Position numbers and translations under genes: made by a program
Shown: piece by piece, positions 19,913-29,927 of the stretch
How positions within the stretch are numbered: position 1 is the stretch's first letter
How the letters are laid out: each line of letters begins with the position of its first letter
Source of the DNA: Promethearchaeota archaeon
GTDB taxonomy: Archaea; Asgardarchaeota; Lokiarchaeia; Sigyniarchaeales; SOKP01
Direction of reading: 5' to 3'
DNA length: 64,000 nt
Assembly: GCA_016840165.1 (NCBI GenBank)
Contig: JAEOSU010000025.1
Span: forward strand, 1-64,000
Notes under the pieces: generated by a model
The model's input: only the letters and a program-made list of their open reading frames with translations
Told to the model about the DNA's origin: nothing
Database searches by the model: none

Positions 19913-21271
19913 TCAATCGTGCTTTTTTATCTTTTTCACACTTTCTTTTAATTCTTCCTTAATTACGTGCGTTTCTTTTTTGATACTTTTACCCGTTTTT
20001 TGCCCAATCCTTCCTATTTGTACCATTATCCATTCGGGAGTTCCCACACCACCAGCAAATTCAATCCAGACGTATAATAGAAATCCCATGAATCCAACGA
20101 AAGCAAAATAGAGGAAGGGAAAAAATACGATATTAAAAAATCCTACAAACAAGGTAATAAAAGCATAATGCACCAAAAACATACTTAAAGAAACTTTTCC
20201 ATAATATTTCAACATACTAATGAAGTTATTATTCTTCTTTTTTATATCAATATAATAAAAGCTGACTGCTATGATAACAAGAGCACATCCTAAGTTATAC
20301 CACATATTTGGCCCTCTTCCTCTTATTAAAAATTCTGGCATCCCTGGAATTCGAAAACTTGGTATTATCATCTGAGAATTGGCTATCCTTAGCAATTGAA
20401 TATGAGGAAATTCATTTTCTGAAAGAACAGGAAGACCATAAGCGGGGTCATAGTGATATAAGGTAAAGCCCGTACCTATTCCATATAAAATTAAAAATAT
20501 GCCCCAATAAAAGAAAATTCGAAACAACATTGTATATGCTTGTTTACTTCCATCGATCATTGCATCATATAAATATTCCCCAAAAATGGTAGAGATAAAA
20601 CATATTGATATCCAAGGGATTAAAGGAGTCATCGGTGATGGAGAGATTATAATATAATGAAGTACCGTCAATATAGGATTACCCGCTTCTTTTCCAGCAA
20701 ATAAGAAGTTATGAATAGTGTCCGAAGAAAAAATAATAAAAATTCCAATGATTACGCGAGCCAATTTATTTAATTTTAAAGCATAGAATGAAAAGATCTG
20801 AGAAAATCCGATAAACATTAAAATATTCCAACCCCATAGATTTAAAGGGAACGGATATCCCTCGATATTGAACTCAATAGAAATTAAATTAAAAAAAATG
20901 CCAATAATGGCAATAACTATACCCCGATTTAGGATTTTCATCCTTATCACCTTATCAGGTAAGACACCTTGCTTTCTTTTGATGCTAAATATTACACTTA
21001 ACGCAGAAAGAAACACGAATAGGGAGGGGCCAAGTATATCTAATAAAGCATAAAGCATCCCATACAAATAAATCCACTCTGAATCAAACCAAGCGCTAGC
21101 TGTATGTGCGAGTATTATGAATACGATTGCGAAGCCTTTGACAAAGTCTATAGAATAGATTCGCTTTGGGCTGGAGAAATCTCTGATATCTTCAACTGGG
21201 ATTTCTTGCTTTAAGTAATCAAAGAGCGGAACGGAATCCATATCAATTTCTTCTTTTTCATCCGATGACAT
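19913..21271 (-). CDS. Heparan-alpha-glucosaminide N-acetyltransferase-like (DUF1624) membrane protein
   Basis: RIYSIDFVKGFAI..IILAH, PLIPW, GKVSL..F.VH; multiple TM helices. Confidence 0.75.
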   Translation of the reverse strand: MSSDEKEEIDMDSVPLFDYLKQEIPVEDIRDFSSPKRIYSIDFVKGFAIVFIILAHTASAWFDSEWIYLYGMLYALLDILGPSLFVFLSALSVIFSIKRKQGVLPDKVIRMKILNRGIVIAIIGIFFNLISIEFNIEGYPFPLNLWGWNILMFIGFSQIFSFYALKLNKLARVIIGIFIIFSSDTIHNFLFAGKEAGNPILTVLHYIIISPSPMTPLIPWISICFISTIFGEYLYDAMIDGSKQAYTMLFRIFFYWGIFLILYGIGTGFTLYHYDPAYGLPVLSENEFPHIQLLRIANSQMIIPSFRIPGMPEFLIRGRGPNMWYNLGCALVIIAVSFYYIDIKKKNNNFISMLKYYGKVSLSMFLVHYAFITLFVGFFNIVFFPFLYFAFVGFMGFLLYVWIEFAGGVGTPEWIMVQIGRIGQKTGKSIKKETHVIKEELKESVKKIKKHD

Positions 21272-21366
21272 TTTTAATCATGTGAATTGGTGATAATTGT
21301 TATATTAAATTAATAATAATTTAGTATTTGAATATTTATAATTATTTTACATGAATAAGATGTTGG

Positions 21367-21927
21367 ATGTCGATTCTTTTAACTGGCTTTGAAAAATTTA
21401 GTAAATATAATAATAATCTGAGTGAGCTTCTTGTTGATAAATTTCCAGACAATTTCTACCATCATTCGATTGAAAAATTAATCATCCCTGTAAAATGGAA
21501 GCAAAGCTGGCATTTAATTCAGCAGAAGATTGAAAACATAGATTTTTTACCTTCTATATTTGTTTTAACTGGAATTCAAGAAGCAAACTATATTTCACTT
21601 GAAGATCGAGCATATAATTTCAATTTTGGTATGGATGAGGAAAAGCATTTTAAATGTAGTCTAATAACCATAAGGAACAGTCTTTGTCTAAAATCAAATG
21701 TGAATGTAGAACAATTATTAAAGAGAATAAAAGTTCATGAAAGAATTAGAATTTCCGTTTACCCTGGAATATATTTATGCAATTACATTTATTACCTTAC
21801 ATTAAAATATTATAAAAGATATTCTTATGTTGTATTTGTACACTTTCCTAAAGCTGGATCATTTTCTAGCTGTTTTAGAGCACTTAATTCAATAATTACG
21901 AATCTTATTAGTATGTATAAATCCTAG
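21367..21927 (+). CDS. pcp: Pyroglutamyl-peptidase I (peptidase C15) family
   Basis: ILLTGFEKF, LEDRAYN, G.YLCN..YY, FVHFP. Confidence 0.8.
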   Translation: MSILLTGFEKFSKYNNNLSELLVDKFPDNFYHHSIEKLIIPVKWKQSWHLIQQKIENIDFLPSIFVLTGIQEANYISLEDRAYNFNFGMDEEKHFKCSLITIRNSLCLKSNVNVEQLLKRIKVHERIRISVYPGIYLCNYIYYLTLKYYKRYSYVVFVHFPKAGSFSSCFRALNSIITNLISMYKS

Positions 21928-22024
21928 GGCATAGGTAATGAAACTATTAACTCTTCACAATTAAATTAAATTAATATTAGTAGTTTTTCTTATAGTATTT
22001 GAATATTTAGATGTAATAAAGTGT

Positions 22025-22450
22025 TTGATTGATGATGAGATGCAATTAAAAAAATACTTGGATTTTAGGTTATTGGGGATAATTGGAGCGATCTTTTTAA
22101 TTTTATCTGAATTTCTCCCTTGGTTTTCTGGAAATTCTTTAATCGATTTGTATATACTTTACCTTAGCTTAGAAATAGAGTTTTCGTTTTTGTATATATT
22201 CCCTATTATCAGTGGAATAATCTGTTTAATTGGCACTATTCTTATTTTATACAAGGAGGATTATAGGATAAATACCGTTGTCATTAATTTTATTGGTTTA
22301 GGGTTTTTCCTGATTTTTCTTTTTGAATTAATTCCTAGAGAATTTCCTTATGTGAATAATGCAGAAATTGGTTTTTATTTCGCAATTGCTGGGGGAATAT
22401 TGATTCTCTTTGATATTTTAAATATACTATTACTACAAGATAAAGAATAG
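22025..22450 (+). CDS. Hypothetical 4-TM membrane protein
   Basis: FLPWF and IGFY motifs, hydrophobic profile. Confidence 0.65.
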   Translation: MIDDEMQLKKYLDFRLLGIIGAIFLILSEFLPWFSGNSLIDLYILYLSLEIEFSFLYIFPIISGIICLIGTILILYKEDYRINTVVINFIGLGFFLIFLFELIPREFPYVNNAEIGFYFAIAGGILILFDILNILLLQDKE

Positions 22451-22464
22451 GAAGGGGTATTGCC

Positions 22465-23364
22465 ATTAAGAACAATAAACAAATAAAATTTGAGAGGACC
22501 GAGGAGGATAACGACCTCGAGGCGGATTTTTATTATGCCCTTGGACATGAATTGCGACGAAAAATTATTAAAATCATAGGGGATAATGATTGTTCTTCCT
22601 TTACAATTTTAAAAAACGAGCTTAAGGTTAGCACTGGCACCATCTATCACCATTTAGAATCTTTATCCCAATTAATAGAGCAAAAAGAGGATAAAAAATA
22701 TTATTTAAATGATCTTGGAATTCATGCATATAATTCATTACAGGATAATATCGAGACTTATGTTACTAGAGAGTTTTCAAAGAAGGAATTTAATTCTCCA
22801 ATTCTAAAAGCCTTAATATATATCACCCCAAAAAGGTTCATAACAGCAAATAATTTCAACTATCTCCAGATTATTATTTTTAGTCTTATTATTTTAATTT
22901 TTGGAGCAATCCTTTCGAGGTTAAGTGCCTTATTTCCTTTATTTTTATACTTTGGAGATTTTTATCAAAATATCGAAGGGTTTTCTGATATAATACTTCA
23001 ATTACTTCCTTTATTTTTTGTTTTGAACTATATGATTTATTATATAATCATAGAAGGTTTATGTCGCTTATTTTACAAGAAAAGAGAGAATTCATTAAAA
23101 CTTTTCTTAAGTTTTTCTTTTATTCTTTTCCCTATGCTTATATATCTGTTTTTACATTACCTTTTTATATTAATAGGTTCTTTAAATTTACAGATTATCA
23201 GTATTATCGATTATATCATACTTATTATTCTCCAAGTATGGTCTTTATGGATTCAAACCTATAATCTAAGCGTCTATAAATATTTAAAAATTGAAAATTC
23301 ATTCATCATTTCTTTATTGGTCCATTATGGTGCGTTTTCCTTACTCTTAATATTATCTATTTGA
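22465..23364 (+). CDS. ArsR-type winged-HTH membrane protein; probable ATT start
   Basis: In-frame FYYALGHELRRKII upstream of the TTG at 22552, STGTIYHHL..L, Y.L..LG, then multiple TM helices. Confidence 0.75.
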   Translation: MKNNKQIKFERTEEDNDLEADFYYALGHELRRKIIKIIGDNDCSSFTILKNELKVSTGTIYHHLESLSQLIEQKEDKKYYLNDLGIHAYNSLQDNIETYVTREFSKKEFNSPILKALIYITPKRFITANNFNYLQIIIFSLIILIFGAILSRLSALFPLFLYFGDFYQNIEGFSDIILQLLPLFFVLNYMIYYIIIEGLCRLFYKKRENSLKLFLSFSFILFPMLIYLFLHYLFILIGSLNLQIISIIDYIILIILQVWSLWIQTYNLSVYKYLKIENSFIISLLVHYGAFSLLLILSI

Positions 23365-24657
23365 TTGAACAAAATCATGTTTTTTTAAAGATTCTATGAT
23401 TTGGCTCTTTCTTTGCTTAGAAGAAAGAAGATCTCTTGTTTTGGTAGCGATAAAACAAGAATACCTATTAAAATCTGATTCATCTAATAAGATAGGAGGA
23501 GTAATTAGTTCAGGAATTTTTTTTAGGATTAATGGGGTAAGCTTAGTTCGAATTGAAGCCGCGGACTCCTTCCCGACATATTTTAAATCTAATCGAAAAT
23601 ATTCAGAAAAATGTTTTAGGTGAGATGATAAATTTTCGGTCTCCGCCTTTATTGGATTAACTATTACTTTAAGAGGATTGGCATCATAAATATTTCTGAT
23701 ACCTAAATAGGAAGTTGTGAGTCGCGGATTAATTTCAATAAATTGGAATGAATTCTCACGAGTAAAAATAAAATCTATACCAAAATATCCTTTGAAATGA
23801 AAAAGATCTAGCTTTTGTAGAAATTCATTTAAAGATTCTTGAATTAGATTAAAATTTACCGAGGGAGTCATACCTCCATTATATTGTGAGCCAAAACATC
23901 CTTTAGGAAGAAATACATTTTGGTCATTTATACCTAAGATAAAGGGTGTAATTTGATTATCTTCTGTTATTCCAATTAATGAAATGCTCATATCATAGCC
24001 TTCAATAAATCTCTGAAGAATGTAAGTTCTTGAACTATCAAATGAGATATTTTGTGACTCATAAAATTTACTTATTTGTGTTTCATTGTTTATATGAATG
24101 ACAGATTCAGCCCCAACACCATCTTCGGGTTTAATTATTATTGAGTGATTTAATTCATCAAATTTTTTGTAAACAAAATCTAAATCCAACCCATTCTCAA
24201 CTGTTGGGATCATATATGTTTCAGGAGTAGGTACTTCGGACTGTTTAAAAAATCTATAGGTGTTCATCTTTGAAGAACCAAGTTTAATACCTTCCAATCC
24301 TATACTGTAGATTTCTTTATTATAATTTACCGCAATTTTTGTGAGTTTATAGAGGATATTTGAAAATTCAGGAGCAATGATGAAACAGCATTCTGATTTT
24401 AGTATCATTTGTTTATATTTATCTAAATAATTATCGCTAGTATCAACTAAGGAAATGTAGTTTGTTTTCAAGTAGGGAGTCAGGAATGTGATACGTTTAT
24501 CCAAAAGGGTGGTGATTTCGAAGCCTAACCGATGAAAATCCTCAATCAAGGATTTAAGCATACTATATCCTTCGCAAAATAGTGATGAGGGGATATTCAC
24601 CCCATTAAATCCCCCACCTGAGACAAATTCAAAAATAAATATCTTCTTTTTTTTCAT
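23353..24657 (-). CDS. ATP-grasp protein (tyramine--L-glutamate ligase MfnD-like)
   Basis: IFEFVSGG, EG..ML, IIAPE, KPEDGVG, GYFGID, IEINPRLTTSY. Confidence 0.8.
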   Translation of the reverse strand: MKKKKIFIFEFVSGGGFNGVNIPSSLFCEGYSMLKSLIEDFHRLGFEITTLLDKRITFLTPYLKTNYISLVDTSDNYLDKYKQMILKSECCFIIAPEFSNILYKLTKIAVNYNKEIYSIGLEGIKLGSSKMNTYRFFKQSEVPTPETYMIPTVENGLDLDFVYKKFDELNHSIIIKPEDGVGAESVIHINNETQISKFYESQNISFDSSRTYILQRFIEGYDMSISLIGITEDNQITPFILGINDQNVFLPKGCFGSQYNGGMTPSVNFNLIQESLNEFLQKLDLFHFKGYFGIDFIFTRENSFQFIEINPRLTTSYLGIRNIYDANPLKVIVNPIKAETENLSSHLKHFSEYFRLDLKYVGKESAASIRTKLTPLILKKIPELITPPILLDESDFNRYSCFIATKTRDLLSSKQRKSQIIESLKKHDFVQSNR

Positions 24658-24792
24658 TATTTAGAGGAAAACTCACTAATCAAATAGAATCAAGGATCTT
24701 TTTCATAAAAACATTTAGATATAGATTAGTTTTAAAACAATGCTTAAATTATCTTTATTAACTGGAATTTAATTATAAATTAGGATGGAATA

Positions 24793-26034
24793 ATGATAAC
24801 TCCTTTTGAAGACGAAGATATTAAACGTCGAATTAGATATCTTCATTTTAAAATAAAACATTTAGAGGAAGCTTTAGAAAAAGTAGATGAGAGTTTTAGC
24901 CTTGATGATTTGAACCTGATATTAGAATACACACGTATCTTGAATATAAACTATCAGAATCTTGACCATTCAAAAATTTTAACAGATTTAGATATCACAC
25001 CCACATTTCAAGATCCCTTAGAAAATAATAAGGAGTTTAAAATTAATGATATTATGTTTGAATGCAGTCGAGTTTTGTGGGTGATGGCGAGAGCGTATGC
25101 ATATCTCTCAGAAAAATTTGAGGATGAGGAAGAATGGGAAGATGCAGTCATCGCGATGGTTGAATGTAGTAAAATGTATAAATGTGCTGCCTACTTCAGT
25201 TCCTCTACAGTCTATCAGAATTATATAGGCATAACTCTTTCATCAGAAAACTTAGAGTTAAATTCGGAAGAGGCACGAATTTTTGCTCAGAGTTTAGCAG
25301 CACTAAGAGAAGAAAATAAAGGTAATATCTATTTTGCTTCAAAATTATATGCGGGATTAAGCGCTTTATCAAAACGGTTATTTTATCTGAAGAAGCATGT
25401 TGAGAAAAAGAAACAACAACTACGAGGTCAATTTCATTTTGATATGGGAAAGTCATGTCAATTAAAAGCTCGAGCAACCACTGAATCATCGTTAACTTCG
25501 ATCAATCAGAACAAAGTCTTAAAATTAAAGCAAAAGGCTTTTTTCTATTATGAAAAAGCCCAAAAAATCTGGGAAGGAATCTTAGAAAATTTAAGTGAAC
25601 TATCCAAGGATGAACGCGAAATCTTTGAAAATAATATAGCGATTGTAAAGGATCTAATAAATGAAATGGAAATTGAACCATTAGATTATGAGGAAATTAA
25701 AAAAATCCAAGATCCTGAACCAATTATTATTATACCAGAGAATCTAGCTCCATTCGTTCCAAAAAATATCGTATTTTTGACCAAATTTGTACCAAAAGAT
25801 CTCAATATTAAGCGATTTAAATCATTCCAAAAAAAGAAGTTAGAACAGAAAATTCCGTATAGCAAAAAAGAGAAGCTAATTGATAAGAAGGTAGGAATTA
25901 TAAGAACAATAAATGAGTTAAAGCAACTAAAGGAAAGTAATGAATTAGATGCTGATAAATTCGCAGAATTATTGGAAAAATATTCTACCAAACTTAAGAT
26001 GATTGAGACAGCGATTGAAAAAATCTCAAAATAA
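24793..26034 (+). CDS. Helical protein, candidate Bro1-domain homolog with SHOCT-like C-terminus
   Basis: F.D.L...IMFE..RVL..MA, Y..AA.F, LS...L, AQ and ASKL resemble Bro1/Alix motifs in order. Confidence 0.45.
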   Translation: MITPFEDEDIKRRIRYLHFKIKHLEEALEKVDESFSLDDLNLILEYTRILNINYQNLDHSKILTDLDITPTFQDPLENNKEFKINDIMFECSRVLWVMARAYAYLSEKFEDEEEWEDAVIAMVECSKMYKCAAYFSSSTVYQNYIGITLSSENLELNSEEARIFAQSLAALREENKGNIYFASKLYAGLSALSKRLFYLKKHVEKKKQQLRGQFHFDMGKSCQLKARATTESSLTSINQNKVLKLKQKAFFYYEKAQKIWEGILENLSELSKDEREIFENNIAIVKDLINEMEIEPLDYEEIKKIQDPEPIIIIPENLAPFVPKNIVFLTKFVPKDLNIKRFKSFQKKKLEQKIPYSKKEKLIDKKVGIIRTINELKQLKESNELDADKFAELLEKYSTKLKMIETAIEKISK

Positions 26035-26090
26035 TGAAAACATTCTAAAGGATTGATATCTCAGACTTTTTTATAATTATGTACTTCAAT

Positions 26091-26561
26091 TTAGTCAAAA
26101 TACAACTTACGATTTTGTTCCAAATCAAACTTTCTGTTTGTGGGGTTTTTAAAAACAAGATCGTACACTTCTTTAAAAATTATGCCTAAAAGAAGTAGTT
26201 TAATTGCTAGTAATAAAAATAACATCATTTTTAGAAGACTATGTAATTCTTTAATAAATAAAGAACAAAATACTATAACGTTTGGGAAATAAAGCATAGA
26301 AATAATTCCTATTCTTTTTCCAAACTTTCTGATGTTTTTTTCCTCTAATTTAAAGATATTTTTCATATAGAGTCCTTCAATTAGACAATAGACAGAAAAA
26401 AGAATATTAATTCCACTGATAATAACAATTAAATCCCTATCGGCGGGTTCTAAGGCAATAAAAGGTTTTAATGCAATACTACTGATCAAAAGAGTTGTTG
26501 AAAACAACGCTAGAATAGATGACAATGATAAAAGTCCGTTGCGAAAATCTTTATAATCCAT
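26091..26561 (-). CDS. Hypothetical 4-TM membrane protein
   Basis: 156-aa hydrophobic ORF. Confidence 0.6.
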   Translation of the reverse strand: MDYKDFRNGLLSLSSILALFSTTLLISSIALKPFIALEPADRDLIVIISGINILFSVYCLIEGLYMKNIFKLEEKNIRKFGKRIGIISMLYFPNVIVFCSLFIKELHSLLKMMLFLLLAIKLLLLGIIFKEVYDLVFKNPTNRKFDLEQNRKLYFD

Positions 26562-26662
26562 TTCAGTTTTTAATTAAATTGTGCTTTTTCAATCAAACTA
26601 GTTGAACTTTTATAAAAGAAAAAAATAAAAGATATATTAATATATTCAAAATTTTAGGGGAT

Positions 26663-28396
26663 ATGGCTATTTTAAACGAAGCGGAGATAGAAAGATTAAA
26701 GCAGACACATTCTAAAAAGAAGGTTCTTAGGATGTTGTTTTTAATTAGCGGAACAATAATTTCAATATTAGGGTTATTACTCTTTACATTTGGGGCTGAT
26801 TTTGGATTTAGCGTAGAAGGTGTAAACCTTTCAATATTAATTGATATCTTAATCAGCATAATCGGTCTTATTCTCGCTTCTAAATATTTTATCGCTCCAT
26901 ATTATCTACGAGAAAATTCTATTACTATAAAAAATGCTCATAATTTAAGAGAAGCTCCAATTAATGGGGTCAGATTCACTTCTTGCGCACTTTCTCGGTT
27001 AATAGCAGGTATCATTTTGATATTAATAGGGATAGCCTCTTATTTGACCTTTGGAATAGATGTTGGTCATGAAATTGAATTTGGAAGTGCTGTTGTTCTT
27101 GGAGGACCCTCATTTTTTTATTTAACGGGTCTACCTATGTTTATAGTTGGTCTTAGCTTAGTATTATATTTTATTTTAAGCCTATTCAGAGGGAAATTTT
27201 CAGAATCTGAGAATTTTTATTTTTTTTATGAAATTCGACCCGGTTTTCCATGGTTGACAGAGATCCCAAAAAAAGATATCGAAGCAATAAGATATCAAAA
27301 CGATCATCTTGGATCTAAACTAGCCTGGGTCGTGTTCTTCACTCCATTTATCGTATTGCAGTTGATGACTGCGATTCCATTATTTTTCGTTGAAAAGGCA
27401 GGCCCAGAATATGTATTGTCTTGGTCATTTTTATTATATACCTTGTTAGAAATTATAGTGCTAATAATTCTAGTTTTATTTCAGCAGCACTATTTTGAAA
27501 TTGCAACAAAAGATATACTTTATGAAATGTGGTTTTCCCCGATTAGATTCAGAAATCAGAAAAAGGTGAACGGAGAGTTTAAAGAATTTTTTGATGCCGC
27601 CCTATCAAACTCAGATCAAAACCTAAAAGAAAGTTCGAGAAATAAGTCGCATAGTAAAAGATCTTTTAATGAAGAAATTTCCGAATTAAATATAAACCAA
27701 ACCCATTTTCTATTATTTCAGTTATTATTTGGGTGTTTCTTGGTAATAATCTCGATTATTATGATGGCACAAATGGTTCTTTTTGGACCATTTACTTGGT
27801 GGATCGGATTAAGTTATGGAATTATCCTCCTTATTAGAACAATTAATCAAGATTTTAGTGATTATAATAGAAACGTCATCTCATATGATTTGAAACAAAA
27901 GAGATTTATTTTAAACCAAAAATTTAAGTATAAATTTCGATATTTTGTAATGAAAAACGTTCAATCATTAGAAATAACTAAATGGTACAGAAAGTTAGAT
28001 TTTTTTGATATTGTGGCAATAGTGGGATTACTCATATTTCTACCAATTCAACAATTTCAAGCTTGGCTCTTTACTGACACCTTAGGATTAATCCTTGATA
28101 ATATCTTTAGTACTATGATTATGTTAGTCATCCTAATCTTTGTATTTCTATTTCTTTGTTGGCCTATTAATGTAATTTACTTAAAAACACCCTCAATTAC
28201 TTATAGGATGAATATAACCTTAAAAAAAGTGAAAAAATCCTTCATCAAAAGATTAAAGTCAACCTTTATGGAGAATTTTAAGATAATTTCGGGAAGAGAA
28301 ATGAAAAGAGTCTTTTTGATAAGATTTATTGGGATGCTTTCAATAATTCTAGGTGTAGCTGTTTATATGATTATGTATTTTATCTTTTTCTTTTAA
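26663..28396 (+). CDS. Hypothetical multi-pass membrane protein
   Basis: 577-aa ORF with ~11 hydrophobic segments. Confidence 0.65.
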   Translation: MAILNEAEIERLKQTHSKKKVLRMLFLISGTIISILGLLLFTFGADFGFSVEGVNLSILIDILISIIGLILASKYFIAPYYLRENSITIKNAHNLREAPINGVRFTSCALSRLIAGIILILIGIASYLTFGIDVGHEIEFGSAVVLGGPSFFYLTGLPMFIVGLSLVLYFILSLFRGKFSESENFYFFYEIRPGFPWLTEIPKKDIEAIRYQNDHLGSKLAWVVFFTPFIVLQLMTAIPLFFVEKAGPEYVLSWSFLLYTLLEIIVLIILVLFQQHYFEIATKDILYEMWFSPIRFRNQKKVNGEFKEFFDAALSNSDQNLKESSRNKSHSKRSFNEEISELNINQTHFLLFQLLFGCFLVIISIIMMAQMVLFGPFTWWIGLSYGIILLIRTINQDFSDYNRNVISYDLKQKRFILNQKFKYKFRYFVMKNVQSLEITKWYRKLDFFDIVAIVGLLIFLPIQQFQAWLFTDTLGLILDNIFSTMIMLVILIFVFLFLCWPINVIYLKTPSITYRMNITLKKVKKSFIKRLKSTFMENFKIISGREMKRVFLIRFIGMLSIILGVAVYMIMYFIFFF

Positions 28397-28411
28397 AAGA
28401 TAAAAAGGATT

Positions 28412-28576
28412 TTATTTAGCTAATTCTCTGCTCTTTAATCGCAGATCTTTTCCATGACACCTTCGACACTTTCTTGCTTTAATTGGGTTTAAAGCCCCAC
28501 ATCTTCTGCAAACACTTTTTTCTAATAAATGATATCGAGCAATTCTGCGCTTTTCTGGATCATCAATAGGTGCCAC
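28412..28576 (-). CDS. rpl40e: 50S ribosomal protein L40e (not in ORF track)
   Basis: Own translation: MAPIDDPEKRRIARYHLLEKSVCRRCGALNPIKARKCRRCHGKDLRLKSRELAK; CxxC-A-NP..A.KCRRC...LR.K signature, GTG start. Confidence 0.95.
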   Translation of the reverse strand: MAPIDDPEKRRIARYHLLEKSVCRRCGALNPIKARKCRRCHGKDLRLKSRELAK

Positions 28577-28745
28577 TATTTATTTCATCTCACAGCTATT
28601 CTTGTAGGTAATAAAAATTAATCCCAATTAATAGGGATTGTAGTGTAAAATTGTTTTAAAAATTAAAATTTTTGTATCTAATGAAAAAATTAAAATTTTA
28701 TAAATAATAGAATTTAATATATTAAATTTTAAGATCACCAATTAA

Positions 28746-28952
28746 GTGTCGATTAAATTGCCAAAAGAGATATTAAGTGAGGAAAAATTCCTAGAATTAG
28801 CGGATTTTGCTATTCATTGTAGGGTTAAGCGTGTAAAAGATGTAGTTAAGCTCAAATTGAGAACTCGGAAATATCTTTATACTTATAAAACTGATCCCAA
28901 TTCTGCTGATAGACTATTAAGCAGTATTAGTTGCGACGTAATTGAGCTTTAA
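28746..28952 (+). CDS. rpl38e: Ribosomal protein L38e (start possibly TTG at 28758)
   Basis: PKEI....FL, K.K.RT.KYLYT signature. Confidence 0.9.
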   Translation: MSIKLPKEILSEEKFLELADFAIHCRVKRVKDVVKLKLRTRKYLYTYKTDPNSADRLLSSISCDVIEL

Positions 28953-28994
28953 AAGATCAAATTAATTTAAATAAAATTTATTGATTTTTATATA

Positions 28995-29501
28995 ATGAGA
29001 AAGCTTCCAGCGTGTAACACATGTGTTCGAACAGGTTTTTTGTGTACAAATTGCCAAGAAAACCTCGAATCTGGTAAAATAACTCAATTCGAATTAGATT
29101 TAGCTAAAGATTTACTTGATTTGGAAGAAGAAAAGTTTAGTTACTTGAAAGAAGTTACTTTCTATAAGGCGATTGATTTTGAAGATGTCGTAATTCTAGT
29201 GGTTGGTAAAAAAGATAAATTACGAATCACTGATGAGTTAAAAAGCTGGATTAAACAGACTTATGAAATTGATGAGCTGATTATTATCGAAAACACTAAA
29301 AAACCACGACCTGTTATTGAAGCTTTAATTGCTCCTTATAAAATACTTTCATTAAATGAAATTTTCTTAGCTACTGGAGACATTCAATTTAAAGCCATTC
29401 TTTTCAAAAAAGATGTAGATAATATATTGTTTACAAAAGAAGAGCTTGAGGATTTAATCTTAGAACTAACTGGAAATATCACCAGAATAGAATTTGAATA
29501 A
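28995..29501 (+). CDS. Archaeal NusA-like protein with N-terminal Cys4 zinc site
   Basis: P.C..C...G.LC..CQ..LE.G.I pattern, IE.LIAP. Confidence 0.7.
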   Translation: MRKLPACNTCVRTGFLCTNCQENLESGKITQFELDLAKDLLDLEEEKFSYLKEVTFYKAIDFEDVVILVVGKKDKLRITDELKSWIKQTYEIDELIIIENTKKPRPVIEALIAPYKILSLNEIFLATGDIQFKAILFKKDVDNILFTKEELEDLILELTGNITRIEFE

Positions 29502-29547
29502 CTCTCTTAATTAAGTCCCACTTAGTTTTTAATTTGGATGATTTATT

Positions 29548-29904
29548 ATGGATGAGTACAAACAAGTTATACTAATAAGAACTGATTTAAAGATGGGAGT
29601 TGGTAAAAAATGTGCTCAATCTTGTCATGCTTCAGTATCGGCTTCCGATTTAGTTAGAAGGAAAAACAAGGTTAGTTGGAAGCAATGGAAAAACAGTGGC
29701 CAAAAGAAAGTAGTGCTTAAAATAGATAATGTTGATATTATAAAAGATATCATTATCCAGTTAGAAAAAGAAAAAATCGATTACTTTTTAGTGAAGGATG
29801 CTGGATTGACTCAGCTAACACCTGGAACAATAACAGCCTTAGGAATAGGTCCCGCACGTTCTTCCCAGATCGATGAAATAACTGGAGATTTAAAGCTATT
29901 ATAA
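29548..29904 (+). CDS. pth2: Peptidyl-tRNA hydrolase Pth2
   Basis: KQVI..R.DLKM..GK..AQ..HA, DAG.TQL.PGT.T.LGIGP, LKLL. Confidence 0.96.
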   Translation: MDEYKQVILIRTDLKMGVGKKCAQSCHASVSASDLVRRKNKVSWKQWKNSGQKKVVLKIDNVDIIKDIIIQLEKEKIDYFLVKDAGLTQLTPGTITALGIGPARSSQIDEITGDLKLL

Positions 29905-29927
29905 CCCATATATGAAAGGTCTCGCAT

